This document shows positions 19,020 to 28,818 of a stretch of 64,000 bases of DNA, piece by piece. A program made the position numbers and the translations under genes. How positions within the stretch are numbered: position 1 is the first letter of the stretch; each line of letters begins with the position of its first letter. The notes under the pieces are model-generated. The model searched no databases. It saw only the letters and a program-made list of their open reading frames with translations, and was not told where the DNA came from. The stretch comes from Minisyncoccota bacterium (GTDB lineage: Bacteria; Patescibacteriota; Minisyncoccia; Phycocordibacterales; DATDWN01). The stretch covers positions 17,120 through 81,119 of the forward strand of contig JBAZZC010000002.1 in the NCBI GenBank assembly GCA_041658985.1, in the 5' to 3' direction.

Positions 19020-20021
19020 ATGCGAATGACACAGATCTACGAATGGCTACGAATAATAAAAAATTATTTTTTTCCAGAACAGGTAAATAAAAAAAGGGCA
19101 ATAATCGCCTTTTTCATCGCGTTTGTTTTTGCCATGCTTTGTGTTTACATTTACAGACCGCCAACTGATTTTCCTGTGGGTCAAGTTATTACCATAGATT
19201 CTGGGGAGTCACTTCAAAGCATTACTAATATTCTATACAGTAAACACGTTATACGTTTTCCTGTCATTTTTCGTTCTACAGTTATTATATTAGGTGGAGA
19301 AAAGCGGGTTATCGCTGGGGATTATTTGCTTGATGAGCGTGAGGGGCCTGTTGATTTGGCTTACCGCTTGGTTAAAGGTCAATTTCATCTAGAACCCATA
19401 AAAGTTACTATTCCTGAAGGATGGAACGCCTTTCAAATAACCAACTACTTAGAAAAAAATATTTTGAATTTTGATAAGGCTCAATTTTTAACTCTTGCCA
19501 AGAATAATGAGGGTTATCTTTTTCCAGATACGTATTTTATTTCCAAGACAGCAAAACCTAATAATTTGATTGAAATAATGAAAAAAAATTTTGAACAAAA
19601 AATTAATTCTGTCTCTGGTATTGCCACCTCCACTCACAACCTAAAAGAAATTATCATAGTAGCCTCTATTTTAGAAGGAGAAGCTTTACCAAAAGACCGT
19701 AGTGTAGTAGCTGGTATTTTATGGAAAAGATTGGAGATAGGTATGCCTCTTCAAGTTGATTCCACATTTTCATATATAAATGGTAAAAATACATATGAAT
19801 TAACCCTGGATGATTTGAAGATTGATTCTCCTTACAATACCTATAAATACAAAGGTCTTCCCCCTGGACCAATTAGTAATCCTGGTTTAGAAGCTATAAT
19901 CAGTGCCATTATTCCAACAAAGACAAAGTACCTGTATTTTTTAACCGAAAAAGATGGCACTATTCACTATGCCAAAACATTTGAGGAGCATAAGAGAAAT
20001 AAAGAGTTGTATTTAAGGTAA
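19020..20021 (+). CDS. mltG: Endolytic transglycosylase MltG
   Basis: VTIPEG, EGYLFPDTY, ASILE.E, LQVD, SPYNTY...GLPPGPI.NPG, YLYF. Confidence 0.92.
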   Translation: MRMTQIYEWLRIIKNYFFPEQVNKKRAIIAFFIAFVFAMLCVYIYRPPTDFPVGQVITIDSGESLQSITNILYSKHVIRFPVIFRSTVIILGGEKRVIAGDYLLDEREGPVDLAYRLVKGQFHLEPIKVTIPEGWNAFQITNYLEKNILNFDKAQFLTLAKNNEGYLFPDTYFISKTAKPNNLIEIMKKNFEQKINSVSGIATSTHNLKEIIIVASILEGEALPKDRSVVAGILWKRLEIGMPLQVDSTFSYINGKNTYELTLDDLKIDSPYNTYKYKGLPPGPISNPGLEAIISAIIPTKTKYLYFLTEKDGTIHYAKTFEEHKRNKELYLR

Positions 20022-20039
20022 TCATAAATCTTTTTTTTC

Positions 20040-20187
20040 ATCACAATCTTTTCAGAGCAACCTTAAGAAATTCCAGCGAATTTCTTAAGGCCAGTCCTCA
20101 CCCTCTAGCTGTCAAGAGCCCTCGCTTCGCTCAGGTCTATGACAGCACCATGCTAGAGGGTTGCGGGGTCTCTGAAAAAATTATGAT
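20040..20187. repeat. Branched fold-back element with 33-bp core GTCAAGAGCC..CAGGTCTATGAC (copy 1)
   Basis: Core at 20111-20143; also at 35414-35446 and 39710-39742. Confidence 0.85.
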
Positions 20188-20232
20188 TCAACAAGATTTA
20201 TTCTTTGTGTGGGTTTGTGGTATAAAAGGGGG

Positions 20233-21315
20233 ATGGAAAAGAGAAAGAGGGTTTTTGTTGGGGTTTCTGGGGGCGTAGACAGCTCTGTGGCTTTGGCTTT
20301 GCTAAAAAGGGACGGATATGACGTAACCGGGGTATTTTTGAGAGTCTGGAGTCCAGATTTTCTACCTTGTGACTGGAAGGAAGAGAGACGAAGTGCTATG
20401 AGAGTTTGTGCCACATTAGGAGTGCCATTTTTAACCTTAGATTGTCAAAAAGAATATAAAAGAGAAGTAGTGGATTATATGATTAGAGAATATAGTAATG
20501 GACGAGTTCCAAACCCGGACGTCTTTTGTAATAAATATGTAAAATTTGGTGTGTTTTTGAAAAAGGCGCTTAAGTTAGGAGCCGATTATGTTGCTACTGG
20601 ACATTACGCAAGGACAGAAGAAAGAACTAAAAGGTTAGAATTAAAAGAGGGAATGGACAAGAATAAAGACCAGAGTTATTTTTTGTACACATTAAATCAA
20701 AAACAATTAAAACACATACTTTTTCCAATCGGGAAAATGATGAAACCAGAAGTCAGAAAGCTTGCCAAAAAATTTGGTTTATCAACAGCTGAGAAAAAAG
20801 ACAGTCAGGGAGTTTGTTTTTTAGGCAAACTAGATATGAAAGATTTTCTTTCTCATTATATAAAACAAAAAAAGGGTAGTGTCTTGAATACTAAGAAAGA
20901 AATTATTGGCCATCATGATGGGGCAATGTTTTTAACTATTGGCCAGAGACATGGTTTTACTATTACAAAAAAAACCACAACGGATCCAAGATATTTTATT
21001 ATTAGTAAAGATTTGAAAAAAAATACAATAACGGTTGCTAACAAAGAGAGTGAGAAAAATACGATTTACTCAACTAGAAAAATATGTCTATCACACATAC
21101 ATTTTATAGGAGATAAAAAACTAAAACTTCCTCTGAAGATGGCGGTTCGTATTCGATATAGACAAGAAAAACAAAAATGTGTTTTAAATAAGGAGAAGAA
21201 TAAATATGTTGTAATATTCAACATACCTCAGAATGCCATAGCTGAAGGTCAGTCTGCTGTGTTTTATGATGGGGATGTTTGTCTTGGTGGGGGCATTATA
21301 GAAAAAACATATTAA
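20233..21315 (+). CDS. mnmA: tRNA 2-thiouridine(34) synthase MnmA
   Basis: SGGVDSS, PNPDVFCN, ATGHYAR, KDQSYFL, KKDSQG.CF, GQSAVFY. Confidence 0.97.
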   Translation: MEKRKRVFVGVSGGVDSSVALALLKRDGYDVTGVFLRVWSPDFLPCDWKEERRSAMRVCATLGVPFLTLDCQKEYKREVVDYMIREYSNGRVPNPDVFCNKYVKFGVFLKKALKLGADYVATGHYARTEERTKRLELKEGMDKNKDQSYFLYTLNQKQLKHILFPIGKMMKPEVRKLAKKFGLSTAEKKDSQGVCFLGKLDMKDFLSHYIKQKKGSVLNTKKEIIGHHDGAMFLTIGQRHGFTITKKTTTDPRYFIISKDLKKNTITVANKESEKNTIYSTRKICLSHIHFIGDKKLKLPLKMAVRIRYRQEKQKCVLNKEKNKYVVIFNIPQNAIAEGQSAVFYDGDVCLGGGIIEKTY

Positions 21316-21333
21316 ATATGCGATAATCAATAT

Positions 21334-22167
21334 ATGAGCCCTGAACAAATTTATGTCTTAAAAGCCAATGGAGATAGAGAATTATTTGATATAAAAAAAT
21401 TAGAGTATTCTCTAAAAAGAGCCGGTGCCTCAAGTCGTGGAGCAGAACAAACTGTTGCACACGTTACTGAAAATTTAACTCCTGATATAACAACCCATGA
21501 TATATACAGACACGCCTTTGAGTTACTTCACAAAGAAGAGAAGCCTGTTGCTTTCAAATATTCTCTGAAGCGAGCCATAATGGAACTTGGACCATCAGGA
21601 TTTCCGTTTGAGGATTTTGTGGCCGAAATTTTGAGACAAAAAGGGTTTAAGGCTGAAACTGGAAAAATAATAAGAGGATTCTGTGTGGAACACGAGATTG
21701 ATGTCGTTGCTTGGAATACAGAAAAACTTATCATGGTAGAGGCGAAGTTCCATAACGAACTTGGTGTGAAATCTGATTTAAAAATCGCTCTGTATGTGAA
21801 GGCTCGTTTTGATGATTTGAGTAAGATGACCTTTAATTATGACAAGGAAAGAAAACTTGACGAGGGTTGGCTTGTAACAAATACAAAATTTACCTCAACA
21901 GCTATAGAATATGGTTCTTGTCAGGGGGGAATGCGGATGATTGGTTGGAACTATCCTCCAGTTGGAAATTTGCACGATATGATTATTGAATCAAAACTTC
22001 ATCCTCTTACTTGTTTGACAACAATGACCGGACGTGAAAAGAAATTATTTTTGGACAGAGGGATTGTTTTGTGTAAAACTATTTTGGACAACCCAGACCT
22101 ACTGTATTCAATAGGTTTAAATGATGCAAAAAGTAAAAAAGTGATTGATGAGATAAATAGTTTGTAA
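21334..22167 (+). CDS. ATP-cone plus PD-(D/E)xK (Mrr-like) domain protein
   Basis: VLKANG.RE.FD..KL; GP.GFPFE; HEIDVVA; VEAKFHN; LVTNTKFT. Confidence 0.8.
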   Translation: MSPEQIYVLKANGDRELFDIKKLEYSLKRAGASSRGAEQTVAHVTENLTPDITTHDIYRHAFELLHKEEKPVAFKYSLKRAIMELGPSGFPFEDFVAEILRQKGFKAETGKIIRGFCVEHEIDVVAWNTEKLIMVEAKFHNELGVKSDLKIALYVKARFDDLSKMTFNYDKERKLDEGWLVTNTKFTSTAIEYGSCQGGMRMIGWNYPPVGNLHDMIIESKLHPLTCLTTMTGREKKLFLDRGIVLCKTILDNPDLLYSIGLNDAKSKKVIDEINSL

Positions 22168-22229
22168 TATGATCTAGTAGTAGAAAATGAAAACATCAAT
22201 ATTAACAATATATAATATAAAAAATAATT

Positions 22230-22496
22230 ATGAAAATATTTCAAATATTTGTGACTATAATGGGAACTGTGATGTCTTTGGGATATTTTCCTCAAGCATA
22301 TAAAATCTGGAGAAATAAATCTGCAAGAGATATCTCTATTTCGACATATATAATATTTTCTATTGGTACACTCACATGGCTTACATATGGAATATTAATT
22401 CATGACATTACAATTATACTAGGCTTTGTTATTGGAGTAGTAGGTTCATGGTCAATATTATTTCTAACAATTTATTTCAAAAATAAAAAAATTTAA
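22230..22496 (+). CDS. SemiSWEET/PQ-loop family transporter
   Basis: FPQAYKIWRNKSARDIS, W+.YG; 88 aa, 3 TM. Confidence 0.85.
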   Translation: MKIFQIFVTIMGTVMSLGYFPQAYKIWRNKSARDISISTYIIFSIGTLTWLTYGILIHDITIILGFVIGVVGSWSILFLTIYFKNKKI

Positions 22497-22513
22497 GCGT
22501 TGTAATTACTTAC

Positions 22514-23122
22514 ATGTCTCTTTCTACCGAACAAAAATTTGAAAAGATGAAGGAAATTCGCGACGAGCTTTTACATTTTAAAAAATCACCTTTATACACA
22601 TATAGATTAGAAAATAAATATTTTCCTGTGGTGGGAGAGGGAAGTCACAACGCTCGCATTATGTTTATTGGTGAAGCACCGGGAGAAAATGAAGCAAAAA
22701 CAGCTAGACCTTTTTGTGGAAGGTCTGGAAAAGTGCTTGATGAGATGTTAGAGTCAATAAATTTGAATAGAAGTGATGTTTACATAACAAATATAGTAAA
22801 GGACCGTCCACCAGAAAATCGTGACCCAAGTCCAAAAGAAATAAAACTATATGCACCTTTCCTCAATAAACAAATAGAGATAATACAGCCTCGGGTTATC
22901 GCGACTTTGGGTAGATTTTCTATGGTTTATATTTTAGAACTTTTAAAATGTAAAACCCCCATTCTTTCAATTGGGGAAATGCACGGCAAAGAATTTACTG
23001 GTCAGGCTTCTTTTGGCTTGGTAACTGTGGTACCTTTGTATCACCCCGCTGTGGCTTTATATAACGGCAGTAATAAGGGTACGTTACTAGAAGATTTTCA
23101 GATATTAAAGAAATATGTCTAG
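22514..23122 (+). CDS. Uracil-DNA glycosylase family 4
   Basis: GEAPG.NE, PF.GRSG, TNIVK.RPP.NRDP, YHPA. Confidence 0.92.
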   Translation: MSLSTEQKFEKMKEIRDELLHFKKSPLYTYRLENKYFPVVGEGSHNARIMFIGEAPGENEAKTARPFCGRSGKVLDEMLESINLNRSDVYITNIVKDRPPENRDPSPKEIKLYAPFLNKQIEIIQPRVIATLGRFSMVYILELLKCKTPILSIGEMHGKEFTGQASFGLVTVVPLYHPAVALYNGSNKGTLLEDFQILKKYV

Positions 23123-23291
23123 TAGTAGAAGTCGACACTGTGCTAAAGCACATAAATTGGTGTTAACTTCACTACTAGACTATCCTGTAGTGAAAATGAC
23201 ATCAAGTCCTGTTTTATTTGGTAAAAAGTTTTGTTAAATAAAATTAAAAATTATTATTTATAAATTATTATGTCATTTTCTACTACTGGGA
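23118..23291 (+). repeat. Composite two-hairpin element filling the udg-pepF junction
   Basis: tctagtagtagaagt...acttcactactaga, then tcctgtagtgaaaatgacat...atgtcattttctactactggga; homologous to 50844-51041. Confidence 0.85.
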
Positions 23292-25072
23292 TGTCTAAAT
23301 ATAATAATATAAGTGCGAAGCTAACGACAGAATGGAATTTAAAACAGCTGTATAAATCACCAGAAGACCCACAAATTGAAAGGGATTTAATTGTGGCTGA
23401 AAAAGCATATCTGGCCTTTGCTAAAAAGTACAAAACCAATAGCAAATACATGACTTCGGAGGCTAGTTTACTTAGTGCTCTTAGAGGTTATGAAAAAATA
23501 TTAGATATTCCAATTTCAAAGACTTATACGTATTTACATTTAGCCCAAGACCTGGATTCAAAAAACGAAAAAGTCAGGGCAAAAATAAACCTCATCTCAC
23601 AAAGACTGCAAAAAATAGAAAATAATATTTTATTTTTTGAAATTAACCTATCCAAGATTGCACTGAAACACCAGAAACTTTTTCTAAGTAGCAAAAAATT
23701 ACCCAAATACAACTACTTATTAAAGAAAACATTCGAAACTGGAAAGTATGTCTTAACTGAGCTGGAAGAAAAAATCCTATCCTTAAAATCACTTCCTTCA
23801 CATAAACTTTGGACAGATGCCTTTGATAAGGTAGAAAATAAGCAGACTGTAAGGCACAAGGGCAAAGACATTCCTGTATCAGAAGCTGTTTCTATTATTA
23901 GAAATCTAAAGACCCAAACAGAGAGAAAGAAGTTACATGACGCTGTTATGGATAGATATTATGAGATAAGCGAAATGGCAGAAAGTGAACTCAATGCCAT
24001 AGTTACAGATAAAAAAATTAACGACGAATTACGTGGATACAGTAAGGCTTATGACTCCACAATTATGAGGTATGAGAACGATAAAAAAAGTGTTCTAAAT
24101 TTGATAAAGACTATCACAGATAATTTCAACATTGCTCATCGTTTTTATAAAGTTAAAGCTAAAATGCTAAAACTTAAAAGTCTCAATTATTCAGACAGGG
24201 CGGTTGGAGTAGGAAAGACGAAAAGAAAAATATTATTTGATGAATCGTGCGATGTTTTACAAAAGCTTTTTATTTCTATTGACCCAAGGTTTGGTGATAT
24301 TCTAAAAAGCTATCTTACAAATGGTCAGATTGATGCTTATCCTAAGGTTGGTAAAAGAGGTGGGGCATATTGTTCCTCGCATCATAAAGTTCCAACTTTT
24401 GTTTTACTGAACCATACCAACACGTTTGAGTCTCTATCTACTTTTGCTCACGAAATGGGCCATGCAATACATAGTGAATTTTCTAGATCTCAGCCAGTCA
24501 TATATGAAAATTATTCAATTGCAACCGCAGAAGTAGCGAGTACACTTTTTGAATCTTTTTTCTTTTATGACCAGTTTGAAAAATTTTCAAAAGAAGAAAA
24601 AATAGTAGCTCTTCATAACAAAATTCAAGATGATGTTGCAACTATTTTCAGACAAATTGCTTGTTTTAATTTTGAACTAGAAATGCATGAGACGATAAGG
24701 GAGAAAGGTAATATGACCAGGGAAGAACTTGCTGTGTGTATGAATAAACACATGAAAAGTTATCTGGGCAACAAGTTTAAATTAAACGAGATGGACGGGT
24801 ATAACTTTGTCGGATGGTCACACATTAGGTATTTTTTCTACGTTTATTCCTACGGTTTTGGTCAACTTGCAAGTAAGGCTTTATATATGAAATACAAAGA
24901 AGATAAAAAATATATAGAAAAGATAAAACAATTTCTCTCGCTTGGTGGCTCTATGAGTCCAGAGGATATTTTTAAATCAATTGGTGTTGATGTTATTAAG
25001 CCTGATTTTTTCAAGAAGGGGATAGAGAGTATAGAGGAGGATATAAAAATGTTGGAAAAGTTGGTTAAATAA
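23291..25072 (+). CDS. pepF: Oligoendopeptidase F (M3B)
   Basis: W.L..LY, GKRGGAY, HEMGH, AEVAS, W..H..FYVYSY. The MSFSTTG prefix of the long ORF is repeat-derived. Confidence 0.9.
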   Translation: MSKYNNISAKLTTEWNLKQLYKSPEDPQIERDLIVAEKAYLAFAKKYKTNSKYMTSEASLLSALRGYEKILDIPISKTYTYLHLAQDLDSKNEKVRAKINLISQRLQKIENNILFFEINLSKIALKHQKLFLSSKKLPKYNYLLKKTFETGKYVLTELEEKILSLKSLPSHKLWTDAFDKVENKQTVRHKGKDIPVSEAVSIIRNLKTQTERKKLHDAVMDRYYEISEMAESELNAIVTDKKINDELRGYSKAYDSTIMRYENDKKSVLNLIKTITDNFNIAHRFYKVKAKMLKLKSLNYSDRAVGVGKTKRKILFDESCDVLQKLFISIDPRFGDILKSYLTNGQIDAYPKVGKRGGAYCSSHHKVPTFVLLNHTNTFESLSTFAHEMGHAIHSEFSRSQPVIYENYSIATAEVASTLFESFFFYDQFEKFSKEEKIVALHNKIQDDVATIFRQIACFNFELEMHETIREKGNMTREELAVCMNKHMKSYLGNKFKLNEMDGYNFVGWSHIRYFFYVYSYGFGQLASKALYMKYKEDKKYIEKIKQFLSLGGSMSPEDIFKSIGVDVIKPDFFKKGIESIEEDIKMLEKLVK

Positions 25073-25081
25073 AGTACTCTC

Positions 25082-25277
25082 ATCATTATTTTTTCAAGAC
25101 GCGTATAAATCGCTGTTGCGATTTTACTATTCTCACTAATCAAGAAAACAATCTTCCTCAGTACTGGCCCTTTCGCAAACTCCTCGTTGAGTACAACTTC
25201 GTCAAACAGTGCTTCGGGCTGGCGTACTTCGTCGTTGTTTTCTAATTAGTTGCGAAATGTCTTGAAAAAACAATGAT
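25082..25277. repeat. Branched fold-back element (CTC...TGCG family)
   Basis: atcattattttttcaagac/gtcttgaaaaaacaatgat IR with nested hairpins. Confidence 0.8.
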
Positions 25278-25327
25278 TCGAGTAAACTAATAACAAGATT
25301 TTATTTACTGATATTTTATGTAATAAT

Positions 25328-27181
25328 ATGGACATTATGAACGCTAATGAAATTAGGCAGAAATTTCTACAATTTTTTAAAGATAGGGGACACGCGGTTA
25401 TACCGTCAGCTTCCTTAGTACCAGAAAATGATTCAACGACTCTTTTTACTGGTTCTGGCATGCAACCTATGGTTCCATACTTACTTGGTGAAAAGCATCC
25501 ATCAGGAAATCGGATTGTTGATTCCCAAAAATCTTTTAGAACCGTTGATATAGAGGAAGTTGGTGATAATCGTCACACTACATTTTTTGAGATGCTTGGC
25601 AACTGGTCTCTTGGTGATTATTATAAAAAAGAGCAAATAAGCTGGATGTTTCAATTTTTAACGGAAGAGCTGAAGCTTGACCCTAATAGGTTATATATCA
25701 CAGTTTTTATTGGTGATGAAAAAAACAATATACCAAAGGATATAGAATCTGCTGAGTTGTGGAGACAATTGTTTTCTGTAAAAAATATTGATGCCAAAGA
25801 GATAGAAATAGGTAGCGAGCAGAATGGTTATAAAATTGGTATGCAAAATGGCCGGATTTTTTATTATGACGCAAAGAAAAACTGGTGGAGTAGGTCTGGT
25901 GTACCAGAAAACATGCCTGGGGGAGAGCCTGGAGGACCAGATTCCGAAATGTTTTATGATTTTGGGACCCCTCATGACCAAAAATTTGGTGAAAACTGTC
26001 ATCCCAATTGTGATTGCGGAAGGTTTATAGAAATTGGGAATAATGTGTTTATGGAATATAAGAAAAACTCTGATGGTACATTTTCAAAACTTCCACAACA
26101 AAACGTTGATTTTGGTGGTGGGCTTGAAAGATTGGCTATGGCGGTAAATAATCAACCAGACATTTTTGGGGCTAATCATAGAACCATTTTAAACTTTATT
26201 GAAACTGCTTCTGAAAAGACATATGGAACAAGTTATGAAGAAATTAAAGCCTTTAGAATAATTGCTGACCACATGAAAGCCTCTACTTTTCTTATCGCCG
26301 ATGGAATATTTCCTTCTAATACAGACCGGGGATATTTTGTTCGTCGTCTGATACGACGTAGTGTGCGTTATGCAGATTCGCTCGGGATAAAAGAAAGTGT
26401 TTTGTCTGGGATAGTTGGGGTGATAGCAGAGGAATACAAAGAGTCATATTCTGAAGTATTAAAAAATAAGGACAAAATTGAAAACATCATAAAGGATGAA
26501 GAAAAAAAATTTAGAGAAACTTTGACTAAAGGTCTCAAGGAGTTTAAAAAAGGGGTTAGTCCTTTTATTCTGTTTACAACGTATGGTTTTCCACTTGAAA
26601 TGACAATGGAATTAGCTGCTGAGCAAGGAATAAAAATTGATGAGAAGGGTTTTAATGAGGAGTTCAAAAAACACCAAGAGCTCTCTCACACTGCTTCAGC
26701 TGGGATGTTTAAGGGTGGGCTTGCAGATGGAGGAGAGGAGACAAAAAAATTACACACAGCCACACACTTATTACGGCAGGCACTTGAGGATGTCTTGAAA
26801 GAAAAGATTGAACAAAAAGGTAGTAATATAACAGCCGAAAGATTAAGATTTGATTTTACATTTAGTAGAAAATTGACCGAAGATGAAAAAACTGAAGTTG
26901 AAGGTACTGTAAACAGTAAGATAAGAGAAAATCTGAAGGTAAACAAAATAATCTTAACCAAAGAAGAAGCAGAAAAAACTGGAGCAGTCCATGCCTTTGG
27001 GGACAAATATGGTGACGAGGTTAGTGTGTATTATGTGGGAGACTCATTGGAAAGTGCCTACTCCAAAGAATTTTGTGGTGGTCCGCACGTAGAAAAAACC
27101 GGAGAATTAGGACATTTCAAAATTATTAAAGAGGAAGCAGTTTCGGCAGGTGTACGACGAATAAAAGCGATACTCAAGTAA
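25328..27181 (+). CDS. alaS: Alanine--tRNA ligase (short form lacking the C-Ala domain)
   Basis: LFT.SGMQP, RH.TFFEMLGN.S.GDY.K, D.G.GLER, HTATHLL, FCGGPHV, GVRRIKA at the C-terminus. Confidence 0.96.
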   Translation: MDIMNANEIRQKFLQFFKDRGHAVIPSASLVPENDSTTLFTGSGMQPMVPYLLGEKHPSGNRIVDSQKSFRTVDIEEVGDNRHTTFFEMLGNWSLGDYYKKEQISWMFQFLTEELKLDPNRLYITVFIGDEKNNIPKDIESAELWRQLFSVKNIDAKEIEIGSEQNGYKIGMQNGRIFYYDAKKNWWSRSGVPENMPGGEPGGPDSEMFYDFGTPHDQKFGENCHPNCDCGRFIEIGNNVFMEYKKNSDGTFSKLPQQNVDFGGGLERLAMAVNNQPDIFGANHRTILNFIETASEKTYGTSYEEIKAFRIIADHMKASTFLIADGIFPSNTDRGYFVRRLIRRSVRYADSLGIKESVLSGIVGVIAEEYKESYSEVLKNKDKIENIIKDEEKKFRETLTKGLKEFKKGVSPFILFTTYGFPLEMTMELAAEQGIKIDEKGFNEEFKKHQELSHTASAGMFKGGLADGGEETKKLHTATHLLRQALEDVLKEKIEQKGSNITAERLRFDFTFSRKLTEDEKTEVEGTVNSKIRENLKVNKIILTKEEAEKTGAVHAFGDKYGDEVSVYYVGDSLESAYSKEFCGGPHVEKTGELGHFKIIKEEAVSAGVRRIKAILK

Positions 27182-27185
27182 ATAT

Positions 27186-28514
27186 ATGATTTCCGACTAT
27201 ATATTTTTAATATCACTTAGTATTATAGTTTTACTTGGTTTGTTTATTTTCTTCACCAGATACTTTAATTTATCTCTAAAGAACAAAATAAATTATTTTA
27301 GTGTTTTATATCATTCTATCAAGGATAAAAAGGATGTGTCCCTTTTGATTGATATTGATAATGGAAGTATAAACATTGCCATTGTTTCTTTTGTCAAAAA
27401 TCAGGTACCCGAATTTCTGTATAGTGTAAACACTTCATTTGTAAAAGGAAAATTAGATACTTCAGAATTATCCAACAAAATAAATCTATTATTAGATTCA
27501 TTATTAAAAGTTGCGATAAAAGAAGGCTCAAATAATAGTCGTTGGAAAAACAAAAATAAAAAATTTTCTCGTGTAGTAATTTCTCTTTCTTCACCCTGGC
27601 TTACATTAAAACAAAAAAATATTCATCTGTCTAAAGATATACCTTTTATTATTACGAAAAAATTTATAGACAATATTACCTCAAACGAAGAAAAATTATT
27701 CAAAAAAGAATTGTTAAAAGATTTTTCTGTAAAAGAATATGGCCAATTTGAGATTATTGAAAAGAGTATTATTCACGCCAAAATTAACGGCTACACTATT
27801 GATGATGTTATTAATAAAAAGACCAAAAATCTAGACGCTTATCTATATATGTCAGCTATTTCCCAGAAAATTGAAGAAAACATATCAGATATTGTACTAA
27901 AACATACACATATTTCGAAAGAGAATATTTTAATACATAGTTTTCCTTTAGTTCTGTTTTCAACAGTCAGGGATAATTTTATGGGAAATTCGGATTTTAT
28001 TATCATAAATATCAATTCTGAAGTCACTGACATTATTTTGGTTAATGACCATATTATTAAATCGACAACGTCTTTTCCTTTTGGTAAGAACACTATTATT
28101 CGTCAAATTGCGAAATCTTTTAAAGTCTCTATGGAGATAGCCCAGTCTGAACTTAATATGTATTTATCAAAAAAGATAGATAACAATATTTATGTATCAA
28201 TACAATCCTTAATGGAAGACTTAGAAAAAGAATGGTCAATTTATTTTGAGGATGCTTTACTCACTCTTTCCCCCAACATGATTCTTCCCAAAAAGATTTT
28301 TATGACGACGGATGCCGAAGTTTCTTCTATTTTTATGGATTTTCTAAAACCGTCAAGGTCTGATGCTACATTCGGTTTCAGAAAGAGCATTGAAGTTGTT
28401 CATGTAGATGAAACAACTCTTTCTAGTTCCTATCAAAATAATTTTAAGATACCGATTAGTGAGTCAACGATTATTTTGGCCATTTTTCATAATAAATTGA
28501 TTCAGAATCAATAA
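27186..28514 (+). CDS. Divergent FtsA/actin-fold protein with N-terminal TM
   Basis: LIDIDNGSI, INGY, IININSEVTDI and FPFGKN.I.R.IA patterns. Confidence 0.6.
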   Translation: MISDYIFLISLSIIVLLGLFIFFTRYFNLSLKNKINYFSVLYHSIKDKKDVSLLIDIDNGSINIAIVSFVKNQVPEFLYSVNTSFVKGKLDTSELSNKINLLLDSLLKVAIKEGSNNSRWKNKNKKFSRVVISLSSPWLTLKQKNIHLSKDIPFIITKKFIDNITSNEEKLFKKELLKDFSVKEYGQFEIIEKSIIHAKINGYTIDDVINKKTKNLDAYLYMSAISQKIEENISDIVLKHTHISKENILIHSFPLVLFSTVRDNFMGNSDFIIININSEVTDIILVNDHIIKSTTSFPFGKNTIIRQIAKSFKVSMEIAQSELNMYLSKKIDNNIYVSIQSLMEDLEKEWSIYFEDALLTLSPNMILPKKIFMTTDAEVSSIFMDFLKPSRSDATFGFRKSIEVVHVDETTLSSSYQNNFKIPISESTIILAIFHNKLIQNQ

Positions 28515-28535
28515 GGCACTTTGTGAACACATTTT

Positions 28536-28669
28536 ATCCGCACACTAACTTTAGTATTATCTCTCCGGTTGCTTCTATGGTTGGTTAGATAAAGTAACAG
28601 TAAAAAATAAGTGTGAATAGTAAATCTGTGTTTGACATAATGCAACGATATTAAAGTTAGTGTGCGGAT
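28536..28669 (+). repeat. CCGCACAC-family fold-back element, copy 3
   Basis: atccgcacactaactttagtat ... atattaaagttagtgtgcggat. Confidence 0.85.
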
Positions 28670-28717
28670 GAATTTGCATAAACAAACTCATTTACGTTAC
28701 AATAAGGAGGAAATGAA

Positions 28718-28818
28718 TCCCGTACGAAGTTTATGTATTATCGTTGTAATGGGATGAATGTTTAATTATTAACTAATTTAAGTATAAGGTGTACATAACA
28801 CATTTACTTCGTACGGGA
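28718..28818 (+). mobile_element. 101-bp MITE-like element inserted in a start codon (TGAA duplicated)
   Basis: AAGGAGGAA-A-TGAA-[tcccgtacgaagt...acttcgtacggga]-TGAA. Confidence 0.75.

Noticed and set aside
23270-23290. Shared MSFSTTGM N-terminus of PepF and MurG as a targeting peptide
   Set aside because: It is the translation of the repeat's terminal IR; family homology starts at the second Met.
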